A stretch of DNA of 64,000 nt from Candidatus Omnitrophota bacterium (GTDB taxonomy: Bacteria; Omnitrophota; Gorgyraeia; Gygaellales; Profunditerraquicolaceae): the NCBI GenBank assembly GCA_022710715.1, contig JAKLGJ010000002.1, positions 501,453-565,452 of the forward strand, in the 5' to 3' direction. Positions within the stretch are counted from its first letter, which is position 1, and every line of letters starts with the position of its first letter. Under the pieces are notes generated by a model. The model saw nothing but the letters and a program-made list of their open reading frames with translations. It searched no databases and had not been told where the DNA came from. Of this stretch, positions 1-9,965 are shown one piece after another. The position numbers and the translations under genes were made by a program.

Positions 1-51
1 GCGGCTGTCGCCATGCTGCAAGCGGGCAGTGCGACTGCAGAGGAGGTTCGG

Positions 52-573
52 ATGAACGATACGTTAAAGACGATCTTTAACCGCAAGAGCGTGCGCGTAT
101 ATTCTGAAGCGGCGGTTTCCGACGAGCAGCTGTTGATGCTGGTCAAAGCCGGGATGGCCGCGCCGACTGCGGTGGACAGGCGTCCGTGGGAGTTTATCGT
201 CATTACCGACAAGGCGGTGCTGAAAAAGATGGCTGATGCCATGCCGTATGCGAAAATGGCGGCGCAGGCTCCCGCGGCGATCGTTATCTGCGGCGATACC
301 GACAGGCAATTCGGCGGCCGGCAGGCGTCATACTGGCAGATGGATTGCAGCGCGGCCACGGAGAATCTCCTGCTTGCCGCGGAGTCCATGGGGTTGGGCG
401 CGGTCTGGACCTCGGTGTACCCGGAAGAGGACCGCATGGCTGCGATGCGCGCGATCCTGGGTATTCCGCAGCACGTGATCCCGTTGAATCTGGTGCCTGT
501 GGGCATCCCCCGGGGCGCTGAAAAACCCAAAGACAAGTATAACCCGGGACAGATCCATAAGAATAAATGGTGA
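52..573 (+). CDS. nitroreductase-family NAD(P)H oxidoreductase
   Basis: ORF 13-573; GGAGG at 38-42 then ATG at 52; nitroreductase-fold motifs (KSVRVY, RRPWEFIVI); stop overlaps next ATG (ATGGTGA). Confidence 0.75.
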   Translation: MNDTLKTIFNRKSVRVYSEAAVSDEQLLMLVKAGMAAPTAVDRRPWEFIVITDKAVLKKMADAMPYAKMAAQAPAAIVICGDTDRQFGGRQASYWQMDCSAATENLLLAAESMGLGAVWTSVYPEEDRMAAMRAILGIPQHVIPLNLVPVGIPRGAEKPKDKYNPGQIHKNKW

Positions 574-2270
574 TGAGTCTTTCGATCCGGAAATTCAGCT
601 TTACCGCAGTCGTAGGCGCAGCCGCGCTCTGCGCGTTCTTGTTGCTGGTGATCGAGAACGCGGCTTTTTTGAGCCCGTACGCGCATATGGTCGGAGAACT
701 CAATCTGGCCATACTGCTTGTTTTTGCTCTGGATGTGCTCCTGCGGTTGTTCTCCAGCGAAGACAGGAGAGCGCATCTCAAACGTAACTGGTTTGATTGG
801 GTAGTGTTCATCCCGTTGTTCCAGCTGATTGCCGGCGGCGGCGCCGCCCCGTCTTTTGTGATTACCCGCCTGACCGCTATCGCCGCGATACTGATTTCCC
901 ATAGCCGGCACTCAAGCACGTTCATCGATTCTTTAAGCAAACGTCCCGCGCAGCTGATGGTGATTACGTTCGGTTTTGCCATCGGCGTGGGAACGGTGCT
1001 GCTGATGCTGCCCGCGGCTACCCTGTCCGGACAGAGAACTTCTCTGGCGGACGCGTTATTCACCGCCACGTCCGCGACCTGCGTGACGGGTTTGAGCGTT
1101 CAGGATACCGCGCGGTATTTCAGCCTGTTCGGACAAATGGTCATCCTGGCATTGATACAGATCGGCGGTCTGGGTATCATGACGTTCTCCATTTCGCTGG
1201 CATTGCTGCTTAAAAAACGCATGGAGATCCGTCAGGAGATCGCCATGCAGAATATTCTTGACCAGTCGGACCTTTCCACGGTCAGGAAGATGATCCTTTT
1301 TATCGTGAAGATGACTGTCGTAATCGAGGCTCTGGGTGCGCTGGTGCTCGCGTTCGCCTGGCGGGGCAGGGTCGGCGGTTTTCTTCAAACCGTCTTTGCC
1401 GCGTTATTTCATTCCGTGTCCGCGTTCTGCAATGCCGGATTCTCGACCTTCAGCGATAATCTGATGGGATTTCAGCGTGATAGCGTCACCACTCTGACCA
1501 TCGGCTCGCTGATCATCGCGGGAGGGCTGGGGTTCGTGGTGATCAGCGACGTGTTCTTCGTCTGTAAGAACCGATTGCGCCGCGGCAGGGGAAAGCGCGA
1601 GCACTTGAAGGTGCAGTCGCGCGTTGTTCTCTGGGCCAGCCTGATTCTGATTGCGGGCGGAGCTCTGGGATTGTTTATCGCCGAGAAGAACCTGCTGCTG
1701 GCGGGGCAGGGGCTGCGGGGGCGCGTGTTGATCCCGCTCTTTCAGTCCATCACCGCCCGGACCGCAGGATTCAATACCTGCGATATCGGCCGGCTCTGTC
1801 CGTTGTCGCTGTTGCTGATTATTCTGCTCATGTTCATCGGAGGATCGCCCTCTTCCACCGCAGGAGGTGTAAAGACTACCACGGTCACCATTCTCTGGGC
1901 TTTGCTGATGAGCGAACTGCGCGGCAGACAGCACGTTGAGGTTTTCAAGCGCACTATTCCCTCGGAAACCGTGCAGAAAGCGGCGGTGATCCTGGTTTTT
2001 TCGCTGCTGTTGGTTTCCGTTTTTACGGGATTGCTGCTGTTTGTCGAACATAAAGGATTCATCGAAGTCTTTTTCGAAACGGTGAGCGCTTTCGGTACGG
2101 TCGGCCTGTCTACCGGCATTACGCCCGCGCTGACAGTGCCGGGAAAGCTGCTGATCACCGTGCTCATGTTTATCGGCAGGATCGGTCCGTTGACCATCGG
2201 ATACGCGTTATTCGGGTCCCGGCGTCCGGCGCAGTATATGTACGCGCAGGAATCGGTAGGGATCGGATAA
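567..2270 (+). CDS. trkH: TrkH/KtrB-family K+ transporter with about 115-aa N-terminal membrane extension
   Basis: TrkH-like repeats (FTATSATCVTGLSV, GGLGIMTF, GGSPSSTAGGVKTTT); 567 aa, longer than typical TrkH. Confidence 0.8.
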   Translation: MVMSLSIRKFSFTAVVGAAALCAFLLLVIENAAFLSPYAHMVGELNLAILLVFALDVLLRLFSSEDRRAHLKRNWFDWVVFIPLFQLIAGGGAAPSFVITRLTAIAAILISHSRHSSTFIDSLSKRPAQLMVITFGFAIGVGTVLLMLPAATLSGQRTSLADALFTATSATCVTGLSVQDTARYFSLFGQMVILALIQIGGLGIMTFSISLALLLKKRMEIRQEIAMQNILDQSDLSTVRKMILFIVKMTVVIEALGALVLAFAWRGRVGGFLQTVFAALFHSVSAFCNAGFSTFSDNLMGFQRDSVTTLTIGSLIIAGGLGFVVISDVFFVCKNRLRRGRGKREHLKVQSRVVLWASLILIAGGALGLFIAEKNLLLAGQGLRGRVLIPLFQSITARTAGFNTCDIGRLCPLSLLLIILLMFIGGSPSSTAGGVKTTTVTILWALLMSELRGRQHVEVFKRTIPSETVQKAAVILVFSLLLVSVFTGLLLFVEHKGFIEVFFETVSAFGTVGLSTGITPALTVPGKLLITVLMFIGRIGPLTIGYALFGSRRPAQYMYAQESVGIG

Positions 2271-2287
2271 TTCAAGGAGATGAAACT

Positions 2288-2971
2288 ATGCGCCATATAG
2301 CGGTAATCGGTTTGGGAAGATTCGGCAGCACCGTCGCCAGGGAACTGACCGATCGGGGAGCTCACGTGATCGCGATCGACGCGCACAAACAGAGGGTGGA
2401 TGATATCAAGGAGTCCGTTACCTATGCCGTGGTGGCCGACGCGACCGATGAGCAGGCGCTGCGGGGAATAGGGGTGCAGAACGTCGACGTGGCGGTGGTA
2501 TGCGTGGGGGAGAATATCGAGGCCAATCTGTTGACCACGCTGCTGCTTAAAAGAATGGGCATAAAAAAGGTTTGGGCGCGGGCGATCAGCCCTTTGCAGC
2601 AGGAGATCCTCAAGACGATGGATGTCGACAATATCATCAATCTTGAGGAAGAGATGGGCGCTATTGTCGCGAACAGCCTGATCTCTCCGGCTATTTCCAA
2701 AGCTATCCCGTTGACCGCCGACCATATTATCATCGAAATGAAAGTTCCCCGGTCGCTGGTGGGCAAGACTCTGCGCGAGATAAAATTGCGGGAACTGTTT
2801 AAAATCAACCTGATCGCGGTAAAGCAGAAAAAACCGGCGATCAACGATCAGGGAGATCGGGTGTTCGAGGAAATGCTGGTGCATGTGCCTTCTCCGGACG
2901 AACCTTTGAAGGAAGAAGATATCCTGTTAGTGATAGGGGGTAATGATGACATACAAAAGTTCGCCAAATAA
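2288..2971 (+). CDS. TrkA/KtrA-type K+ uptake regulatory subunit (TrkA-N Rossmann + TrkA-C)
   Basis: AAGGAG RBS; IAVIGLGRFG NAD-binding motif; immediately follows trkH. Confidence 0.85.
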   Translation: MRHIAVIGLGRFGSTVARELTDRGAHVIAIDAHKQRVDDIKESVTYAVVADATDEQALRGIGVQNVDVAVVCVGENIEANLLTTLLLKRMGIKKVWARAISPLQQEILKTMDVDNIINLEEEMGAIVANSLISPAISKAIPLTADHIIIEMKVPRSLVGKTLREIKLRELFKINLIAVKQKKPAINDQGDRVFEEMLVHVPSPDEPLKEEDILLVIGGNDDIQKFAK

Positions 2972-3677
2972 ACGCGTTGCGCCAGCGAACGTCCATACCG
3001 TCACCATTCTCTGGGCGGGATTATTCCTTCTCATCGCCCTCGGGTATGCGCTCGCCTTGGGGGCTTACCGGTCGAACCCGTATCTTTTCTATTGCCTGCT
3101 TGTCGCCGGTATTCTTGCCTGCGGTATCGCGGCTTATCTGACGGTCAAAGCGCTGTTGTTCCGCCGGAAGCTGCTCGCGTGTATCCGTCACCTGCTGGCC
3201 AATGAATACCAGACGGGGATGCGCGTTGCGCGGGGGCCGTGTGACGAAATAGTCCGTTTCGAAAAACGGATCAACAGCATGGTGGATCAGTTGCGGGTAT
3301 ACAACAGTCTTCAGATAGAGCGGATCAGCGCTTTGAACAAGTCGATCGATATCGTTTACCGTAATATCGCCGAAGGTATCATTATCGCTTATCCGGACAA
3401 GCGCGAATTTCGCCTGAATCCGGCGGTGCAGCGCATGTTTCAGGTCGAACAGGAGGTTATCACGTTCGACGCCATCGAGAAACAACCGGGCAACCGGCGT
3501 TTTGTCGCGCTGTTCAAGGAAGCGGTGGAAATGCGCAAAGTCATTACCGAAGGTATCGTGACGCTGGAGTTGCCCATCCGTCAGTCCAGTTTGAACGTGA
3601 TGGTGGAGATCATCCCGGTCAAGGACAAGGGGGAATCCGTGGCGCTGGCGATCATCTTCGTGAACAAGGCCGAATGA
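2943..3677 (+). CDS. hypothetical membrane sensor-like protein (2 TM helices + cytoplasmic PAS/HAMP-like region, no output domain)
   Basis: 244-aa ORF; two hydrophobic helices at N-terminus; overlaps trkA end. Confidence 0.5.
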   Translation: MMTYKSSPNKRVAPANVHTVTILWAGLFLLIALGYALALGAYRSNPYLFYCLLVAGILACGIAAYLTVKALLFRRKLLACIRHLLANEYQTGMRVARGPCDEIVRFEKRINSMVDQLRVYNSLQIERISALNKSIDIVYRNIAEGIIIAYPDKREFRLNPAVQRMFQVEQEVITFDAIEKQPGNRRFVALFKEAVEMRKVITEGIVTLELPIRQSSLNVMVEIIPVKDKGESVALAIIFVNKAE

Positions 3678-3743
3678 GAGTCCGCGTAGCGTCGTCCGGT
3701 CGCCGAAATGTATTAAATGTCTCGCCGGGTGTGCAGTTGATGA

Positions 3744-3749
3744 TATAAT
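3744..3749 (+). promoter_or_regulatory. consensus -10 hexamer TATAAT immediately upstream of tolC-like ORF
   Basis: tataat at 3744-3749 directly abuts ATG 3750; suggests short-leader or leaderless start at ATG 3759/3765. Confidence 0.3.
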
Positions 3750-3764
3750 ATGTACAATATGTGT

Positions 3765-5057
3765 ATGCATCGAAGCGTCACGCACATTGTGTTGTTCCTC
3801 TTGTTGCCGGTCTCTGTTTGCTGCGCCCAGGAAGAGAAAAAAGCTCTGACCTGGCTTGAATGTGTCTTTCTCGCCCAGAAAAACCACCCGGATCTGATCT
3901 CCGCGCAGGAGAACGTGAAAGAAGCGCAGGCCAGCCTTGATGTCACAGCCAGCGGTCAGTATCCCCAGGCAAGCGCCACCGCTGGAGTTTCGACTTCGCA
4001 TTCCCGCACTAAAGACGATTCGACCGGTTCCACCAGCACCGCCACGACCAATGCATATTCATACGGCGCAAGCGCCAGCCAGCTTCTTTTTGACGGGTCC
4101 AAAACGTCCAGTAAGGTCAGCGCGGGCAGGGAAAACGTAAACGTCGCACAGCAAGCGTTCCGCTACGCTTCAGTCGATGTGCGTCAGCGCCTGCGCTCGG
4201 CGTTTATCAGCGTGCTCAAAGGGCAGGAATCGGTCAAGATTATGCAGGAGATTTTCGATATACGGCGCAGCAACCTCGAGTTGATCACGCTGCGGTACGA
4301 ATCGGGTACCGAACATCGGGGCGCTCTGTTAAGCGCGCAGGCAAATTCAGCCCAGGCCGCGCATGAATTAGCGCAAGCCCGGCGGGCGCTTGAGTCTGCC
4401 CGCTATCAGCTGATCAAGGAGATGGGGGTTGAGCAGTATCCCGACATTTCCGTTACGGGCGATTTCGAGGTCAGCGTGTCCCTTAAAGACAAACCTGATA
4501 TGCGGGCGATAACCGACAATCATCCATCGGTACAAAAACTCGCCGCCCAGACGCGTGCCGCTTCGTTCGGGATCAAGGTTAACGAGGCTGACTTCTGGCC
4601 GGCGCTGTCGATTACCGCCGGCGCGAATAAAACCGGCGCCCACTGGCCGCCGCACAACAGCGCTTTGACTACCGGTCTTTCCTTATCCTGGCCGTTCCTT
4701 GAAGGCGGGCTGCGTCAGGCGCAGGTTGCCCAGTCCCGGTCGCAGTTGATCCAGGCGCAAGCCGATCAACGCAGCGGACGCTCCGGCGTTTTGTTGACCC
4801 TGGAACAGAAGTGGGCCGCGTTGCAGGACGCGGTTGAGAACGTCGCAGTACAGCGTCGATTCCTTGCGGCAGCCGAAGAGCGTTCCGCTATCGCCGAGGC
4901 GCAGTATTCCATGGGTTTGCTGAAATTCGATAACTGGACGATAATCGAAGATAATCTGGTAAGCGCGAAAAAAACATTTATTGACGCTCAGGCCAATGCG
5001 TTGCTTGCCGAAGCTAACTGGATCATGGCCAAAGGAGAGACGCTTGAGTATAATTAA
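3765..5057 (+). CDS. TolC-family outer membrane efflux protein
   Basis: signal peptide MHRSVTHIVLFLLLPVSVCCAQ; OEP-family repeats; ORF begins 3750 but in-frame ATG 3765 gives a typical signal peptide. Confidence 0.8.
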   Translation: MHRSVTHIVLFLLLPVSVCCAQEEKKALTWLECVFLAQKNHPDLISAQENVKEAQASLDVTASGQYPQASATAGVSTSHSRTKDDSTGSTSTATTNAYSYGASASQLLFDGSKTSSKVSAGRENVNVAQQAFRYASVDVRQRLRSAFISVLKGQESVKIMQEIFDIRRSNLELITLRYESGTEHRGALLSAQANSAQAAHELAQARRALESARYQLIKEMGVEQYPDISVTGDFEVSVSLKDKPDMRAITDNHPSVQKLAAQTRAASFGIKVNEADFWPALSITAGANKTGAHWPPHNSALTTGLSLSWPFLEGGLRQAQVAQSRSQLIQAQADQRSGRSGVLLTLEQKWAALQDAVENVAVQRRFLAAAEERSAIAEAQYSMGLLKFDNWTIIEDNLVSAKKTFIDAQANALLAEANWIMAKGETLEYN

Positions 5058-6057
5058 AAAGAAGAGTTTCTGGGTTATACTGATTGTGGTCCTGGCTGCC
5101 GCGGGCATCGGTCTGGGGATCATGCGGCCGCAGCAGAGTACGCAGGAGATCGTGAAAGAAATAAGCCCGCATACAGGCACGATCCAGACGCTGATCTCTT
5201 CGACGGGTACGGTGTTGCCGAAGAACAGACTGGAGATCATCCCGCCGGTCGCCGGCCGGATCGAGAGTATCGTGGTCAAAGAAGGCGAAAAGGTCAAGAA
5301 AGGCCAGGTCCTGGGATGGTTGAGTTCCACCGACCGCGCGGCGCTGCTTGATGCGGCGCAGGAGCAGGGCGAAGAGAAATATAACTACTGGCAGGAAGTG
5401 TACAAACCCATCGCGTTGATGGCTCCGATTGACGGTGAAGTCATTGTCGCGACCATACAGCCGGGGCAGACAGTGACCGCCAGCAGCGCGGTCCTGGTGC
5501 TCTCCGATCAGCTGATCGCGCGGGCGCAGGTCGACGAAACGGACATCGGCAAGATCAAGGTCGGCCAACAGGCCGTGATCACCCTGGACGCGTATCCGGA
5601 TTCCAGGATCAAGGCGGTGGTGGATCACGTTTATTACGAGTCCTCGACCGTCAACAACGTCACCATCTACAAGGTGGATCTGATCCCTCTTCAAGTCGCG
5701 CCGTTTTTCCGTTCCGGAATGAACGCCACCATCGATTTTATCGTCGAAAGCAAGGATAACGCGTTGCTCCTGGCGCAGGAGGCGGTGAATTCCGATAACG
5801 GGGAGAGTTACGTAGTGGTGCGCGGGCCGGACGCGAAAGAATTCGTCCCGCGGCAGGTGACGCTCGGTCTGACGCAGGGCAAGAACGTCGAGATCCTGAC
5901 GGGGTTATCTGCCGACGACACGGTTATCGTCAGATCGAAGAAGTACACGCTGCCGAGAGCTGATTCTCTCGGAAAAAATCCTTTTCTGCCCAGCAGAAGA
6001 AATCCATCCTCCAACGTCAAGAAAAGCGGTCCGGGCGCAGGCGCGCCGCCGCCGTAA
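5044..6057 (+). CDS. macA: HlyD/MacA-type periplasmic adaptor subunit
   Basis: AAAGGAGAG RBS then TTG 5044; N-terminal TM anchor, biotinyl-lipoyl-like and beta-barrel segments; between TolC-like and MacB-like genes. Confidence 0.75.
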   Translation: MSIIKKKSFWVILIVVLAAAGIGLGIMRPQQSTQEIVKEISPHTGTIQTLISSTGTVLPKNRLEIIPPVAGRIESIVVKEGEKVKKGQVLGWLSSTDRAALLDAAQEQGEEKYNYWQEVYKPIALMAPIDGEVIVATIQPGQTVTASSAVLVLSDQLIARAQVDETDIGKIKVGQQAVITLDAYPDSRIKAVVDHVYYESSTVNNVTIYKVDLIPLQVAPFFRSGMNATIDFIVESKDNALLLAQEAVNSDNGESYVVVRGPDAKEFVPRQVTLGLTQGKNVEILTGLSADDTVIVRSKKYTLPRADSLGKNPFLPSRRNPSSNVKKSGPGAGAPPP

Positions 6058-6068
6058 ATCGTTACGCC

Positions 6069-8039
6069 ATGATCGAGATCAAGAATATTCATAAGACATA
6101 CACCATGGGCAAGGTCGAGGTGAAAGCCCTGGACGGGGTGTCGTTGAAGATAGACGACGGTGAATTTGTCGCCATTATGGGCGCGTCGGGTTCGGGAAAA
6201 TCGACGCTCATGCATATCCTGGGGCTTCTGGATCGGCCGGACGCCGGGCAGTACCTTCTGCGCGGCCAGGACGTTACCGCGTTATCGGATGAGGCATTGG
6301 CGGTGGTCCGCAACGGTTTGATAGGATTCGTCTTCCAGCAGTTCCATCTGTTACCCCGGATGTCCGCGCTTGAAAACGCGGAATTGCCGTTGGTCTACGC
6401 CGGCAAGCGGCATCTGCGCGAAAAAGCGCGGGCAGAACTGGCCGGCGTCGGTCTCCAGGACCGGGTGCTGCACCGGCCCAGCGAATTGTCCGGAGGCCAG
6501 CAGCAGCGGGTCGCGATCGCGCGGTCGCTGGTTAACGATCCGGTGATGCTTTTGGCCGACGAGCCGACGGGAAATCTCGATTCCAGGAGCAAAGCGGAGA
6601 TCATCGCTATCCTGAAACAGTTGAACGCCAGGGGCAAGACGGTGGTTATCGTTACCCATGAACCGGAAGTGGCGCAGCAGACGCGCAGGATCATTACCAT
6701 GCGCGACGGCAAGGTCATCGCCGATGCAAAGAACGTGCCCGCGGGAGGATCCGCTGTTTCGGCCGTTACCCCGGAATCGGGGAGCACGGTCAAGGATCTG
6801 TTAGCCGAACGCCACAGGGTCGCCGGAAAGATTAAATTCCTCGATTATGTCCGCCAGGCGTTGTCCGCTATGATATCCCATAAGATGCGTTCGATATTGT
6901 CGATTCTCGGGATCCTTATCGGTGTTGCCGCGGTTATCGCGATGCTGGCGCTGGGGACGGGCGCCAAGGTGTCCATCGAGCAGCAACTGCAATCGTTGGG
7001 ATCGAATCTTCTCTGGCTTCATCCGGCGCACGGCAGGTCGGGCGCGGTCGCGTTGGAAAGTACCGCGACGCGCTTTACGCAGGTGGATATCGATCTCCTG
7101 GCGCGCTTGCCGCATGTGAAACGCGTGTACGGTTCGGTAACCGCCCGCGCCCAAGTCGTGTACGGCAGCAATAATACCAATACCCAGGTCGAAGGGACGG
7201 GCACGGAATATCCCGCTATGCGCGCGGCAACGCCGGTAGCGGGGAGGTTCTTCACCGAACAGGAGATGCGCGCCAGGGAAAAGGTAGCGCTTCTGGGGAC
7301 GACGGTCCTGACCAATCTGTTCGGCGAAGCCAATCCGGTCGGAGAGACCATTAAGATCAATTTGATCAATTTTAAAGTGATCGGCGTTCTTCCGTCTAAA
7401 GGCTCGGGGGGATTCCGCGATCAGGATGACACGGTGATCGTTCCGCTGACCACCGCGATGTACCGGGTTTTCGGCAAGCAGTACATCGATTCGATTTACG
7501 TCGAAGCGGTGTCCGCCGGGGATATCGACGCGGCGCAGGAAGAGGTGCGCCGGGCATTGAATAAGCAGCATCGTTTAAAGGCCGACGACACGGAGTCGGT
7601 CGATATAAGGAACATGTCCGAGATCAAAAGCACGCTCGAATCGACGATGAAGACGTTGACCATGCTGCTGGGGTCCATCGCCGCCATTTCTCTGCTGGTC
7701 GGCGGCATCGGGATCATGAATATCATGCTTGTTTCGGTCACCGAGCGCACCCGGGAGATCGGGTTGCGCAAGGCGATCGGCGCGAACAACAAGGATATCA
7801 TGATGCAGTTCTTGATTGAAGCGGTGCTGATGTCTTTCATCGGCGGCATCGTCGGCATTGTCCTGGGAGCCGGCGCGTCCGTGGTGATGAAACTCGCGGC
7901 CGGGTGGGCGGTGCAGGTGTCTTTGTTCTCGATCGTGCTTGCGACCGTGTTTTCCCTGATCGTGGGGGTGGTTTTCGGCCTCTGGCCCGCGAGCCAGGCG
8001 GCGAAGTTGAATCCGATCGAAGCGTTGCGGTATGAGTGA
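6069..8039 (+). CDS. macB: MacB-type fused ABC ATPase + FtsX permease
   Basis: Walker A GASGSGKST, ABC signature LSGGQQQR, Walker B LLADEPTGNLD, C-terminal 4-TM FtsX domain. Confidence 0.9.
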   Translation: MIEIKNIHKTYTMGKVEVKALDGVSLKIDDGEFVAIMGASGSGKSTLMHILGLLDRPDAGQYLLRGQDVTALSDEALAVVRNGLIGFVFQQFHLLPRMSALENAELPLVYAGKRHLREKARAELAGVGLQDRVLHRPSELSGGQQQRVAIARSLVNDPVMLLADEPTGNLDSRSKAEIIAILKQLNARGKTVVIVTHEPEVAQQTRRIITMRDGKVIADAKNVPAGGSAVSAVTPESGSTVKDLLAERHRVAGKIKFLDYVRQALSAMISHKMRSILSILGILIGVAAVIAMLALGTGAKVSIEQQLQSLGSNLLWLHPAHGRSGAVALESTATRFTQVDIDLLARLPHVKRVYGSVTARAQVVYGSNNTNTQVEGTGTEYPAMRAATPVAGRFFTEQEMRAREKVALLGTTVLTNLFGEANPVGETIKINLINFKVIGVLPSKGSGGFRDQDDTVIVPLTTAMYRVFGKQYIDSIYVEAVSAGDIDAAQEEVRRALNKQHRLKADDTESVDIRNMSEIKSTLESTMKTLTMLLGSIAAISLLVGGIGIMNIMLVSVTERTREIGLRKAIGANNKDIMMQFLIEAVLMSFIGGIVGIVLGAGASVVMKLAAGWAVQVSLFSIVLATVFSLIVGVVFGLWPASQAAKLNPIEALRYE

Positions 8040-8119
8040 AGAAGCGTTGTATTGCCAAGACCGCGAGCGCGTAGTAGAATAAAACCGGATAGGTGGGTTG
8101 TTCTAACAGGGAGGGCGCC

Positions 8120-8635
8120 ATGCAGGAGGTTCAGGCTATGTGGGATAAGATTTCGGGTTATGTGATCCAGTACGGGTTCGGTTTTTTATCGGCAATCTTG
8201 ATTTTCTTGATTGGAAAATGGCTCGCCAGGTTTGTCTCCGACATGGCGGATAAGGCGATGGTAAAATCCAAGGTGAATCCCACCCTGGCCTCTTTTTCCA
8301 AGACGTTGATGTATTACGGTTTGTTGACGTTTGTCTGTATCGCCGCGTTGAGTAAGCTGGGCGTACAGACGTCTCCGTTCGTCGCGGTGATCGGCGCCGC
8401 CGGACTTGCCGTTGGTCTGGCGCTACAAGGCACACTGGCGAATTTCGCCGCCGGAGTCATGCTGATATTCTTCCAGCCGTTTAAAGTCGGGGAAGACATT
8501 GAAGCGGGCGGAGGTGCCGGGATCGTCAAAGAGATACAGATCTTCAGCACGATTCTGCAGTCCAAAGACAACAAAAAAATCATTATTCCCAATTCCAAGA
8601 TCACCGGTGATAAAATAGTCATCAATCCGAAATAA
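8120..8635 (+). CDS. short MscS-like mechanosensitive channel family protein
   Basis: TM3-like Gly/Ala-rich helix (VIGAAGLAVGLALQGTLANFAAGVMLIFF) followed by beta domain; GGGAGGG RBS. Confidence 0.55.
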   Translation: MQEVQAMWDKISGYVIQYGFGFLSAILIFLIGKWLARFVSDMADKAMVKSKVNPTLASFSKTLMYYGLLTFVCIAALSKLGVQTSPFVAVIGAAGLAVGLALQGTLANFAAGVMLIFFQPFKVGEDIEAGGGAGIVKEIQIFSTILQSKDNKKIIIPNSKITGDKIVINPK

Positions 8636-8642
8636 AGGATGC

Positions 8643-9965
8643 ATGCATAGCGTCAGGGATGTGGGATTGGTGTTGTTGCCGCCTGCCTGGCCCAAAGTGC
8701 CTCCGCTGGGTGTGGGATATCTTCAGGCGTACCTGCGCGCGCAGCATATCGGCGCGGATATCATCGATCTGAATAATCTGTTCTTTAACCGCGCCGACGC
8801 GCGAGAGCATTCGGAATGGCTGGTCGGTTGTAATCCCTCTTTTGAGCATTCCCTTCTTGAACATCTGCGCCGCAACCACGCGGATCATTTCTCACGCATA
8901 GTCGAGGAGCTGTCGGGTTATTCCGTTCTGGGGTTCTCCTGTTTTCGCAGCAACTGGCACAGCACGCTGGCCATGATAGGTTTGTTGAGGGAACGGGGAA
9001 AAAGCCCGCGCGTGCTGCTTGGCGGACCGGAAATCGCGCGCCGCTTCTTCAAGGATGGTAACCGCTTCATCGAGGAGATGTCCGCTCTGGTCGACCATCT
9101 GGTTATCGGCGAAGGGGAACGCGGCATTCATGCGTATCTCGAGGGCAGGACGCGCGGCGCGCCGGCGACGTGTTTCGCGCAGCTCGACGATCTTGGAGCG
9201 CTGCCGTTTCCCCGGTATGAGGGACTGGATCTATCGGATTATCCGCGCGCCGATGCCCGGCCGCTGCTTTTCTCCCGCGGTTGCGTGCGCAGTTGCCGGT
9301 TCTGCGCGGAGCGACTTCTTTTTCAGGGGTTCCGCTGCCGCCGGGCAGATTCCGTGGTCGAAGAAATGGATTTTCATCTCCGGCGGGGAGCGCGTCAGTT
9401 CATTTTTTTCGATTCCTTGCTGAACGGGGATCTCGAAGGTCTGGAAGCGCTGTGCGAGGCTATCCGTCGGCATTTCGGCGCGGTCGCCTGGGAAGCGCAG
9501 ATCGCCGTGCGTTCGGATATGGATCCGTCGCTTCTGCGCGCGATGAAGGAGAGCGGCTGCTATAATCTGTTTATCGGTCTGGAATCGGGCGCCGAAAGCA
9601 CGCTGCGGAGAATGAACAAGGGTTTTAGCGCCGCTGCGGCCGAAGCGTTTTTCCGCCGTCTCAACGACGCGGGGCTGACGTTCGGGATCAGCCTGATCAC
9701 CGGGTATCCCGGCGAGACCGCCGCGGAATTCCAGGAAAGCCTGGATTTTGTAGTCCGCAACCGCGCGCTCATCCCCAAGATCGAGCAGATAAATCCTTTC
9801 AGTTATTACGACGGGACGGCGGCTGATCCGGCGGCGGATTACCGTCTCAACGATGTCGCTCTCGAACGGATGGAAACTTTTGCCGGCACGATCAAACAAT
9901 GCGGGTTCAAATACACCAAAGCCTTTATCGGGAACCTGGTGGAGAGAGCGTCGTATGGATGTTAA
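8643..9965 (+). CDS. B12-binding-domain radical SAM protein
   Basis: N-terminal B12-binding Rossmann-like region; CxxxCxxC (CVRSCRFC) radical SAM motif. Confidence 0.8.
   Translation: MHSVRDVGLVLLPPAWPKVPPLGVGYLQAYLRAQHIGADIIDLNNLFFNRADAREHSEWLVGCNPSFEHSLLEHLRRNHADHFSRIVEELSGYSVLGFSCFRSNWHSTLAMIGLLRERGKSPRVLLGGPEIARRFFKDGNRFIEEMSALVDHLVIGEGERGIHAYLEGRTRGAPATCFAQLDDLGALPFPRYEGLDLSDYPRADARPLLFSRGCVRSCRFCAERLLFQGFRCRRADSVVEEMDFHLRRGARQFIFFDSLLNGDLEGLEALCEAIRRHFGAVAWEAQIAVRSDMDPSLLRAMKESGCYNLFIGLESGAESTLRRMNKGFSAAAAEAFFRRLNDAGLTFGISLITGYPGETAAEFQESLDFVVRNRALIPKIEQINPFSYYDGTAADPAADYRLNDVALERMETFAGTIKQCGFKYTKAFIGNLVERASYGC

Noticed and set aside
284-1069. Long minus-strand ORFs antisense to plus-strand genes (e.g. 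284-1069, 1742-2884, 3021-4001, 38007-39434, 42369-43817, 57185-57943, 62736-63914)
   Set aside because: They overlap well-supported plus-strand genes with clear domains. Their translations are Arg/Pro/Gly-rich and low-complexity, typical of high-GC antisense frames
8643-9965. The B12-binding radical SAM gene as the missing HydE maturase
   Set aside because: HydE lacks a B12-binding domain and is about 350 aa. This gene is 440 aa with an N-terminal cobalamin-binding fold and lies 27 kb from the hyd genes
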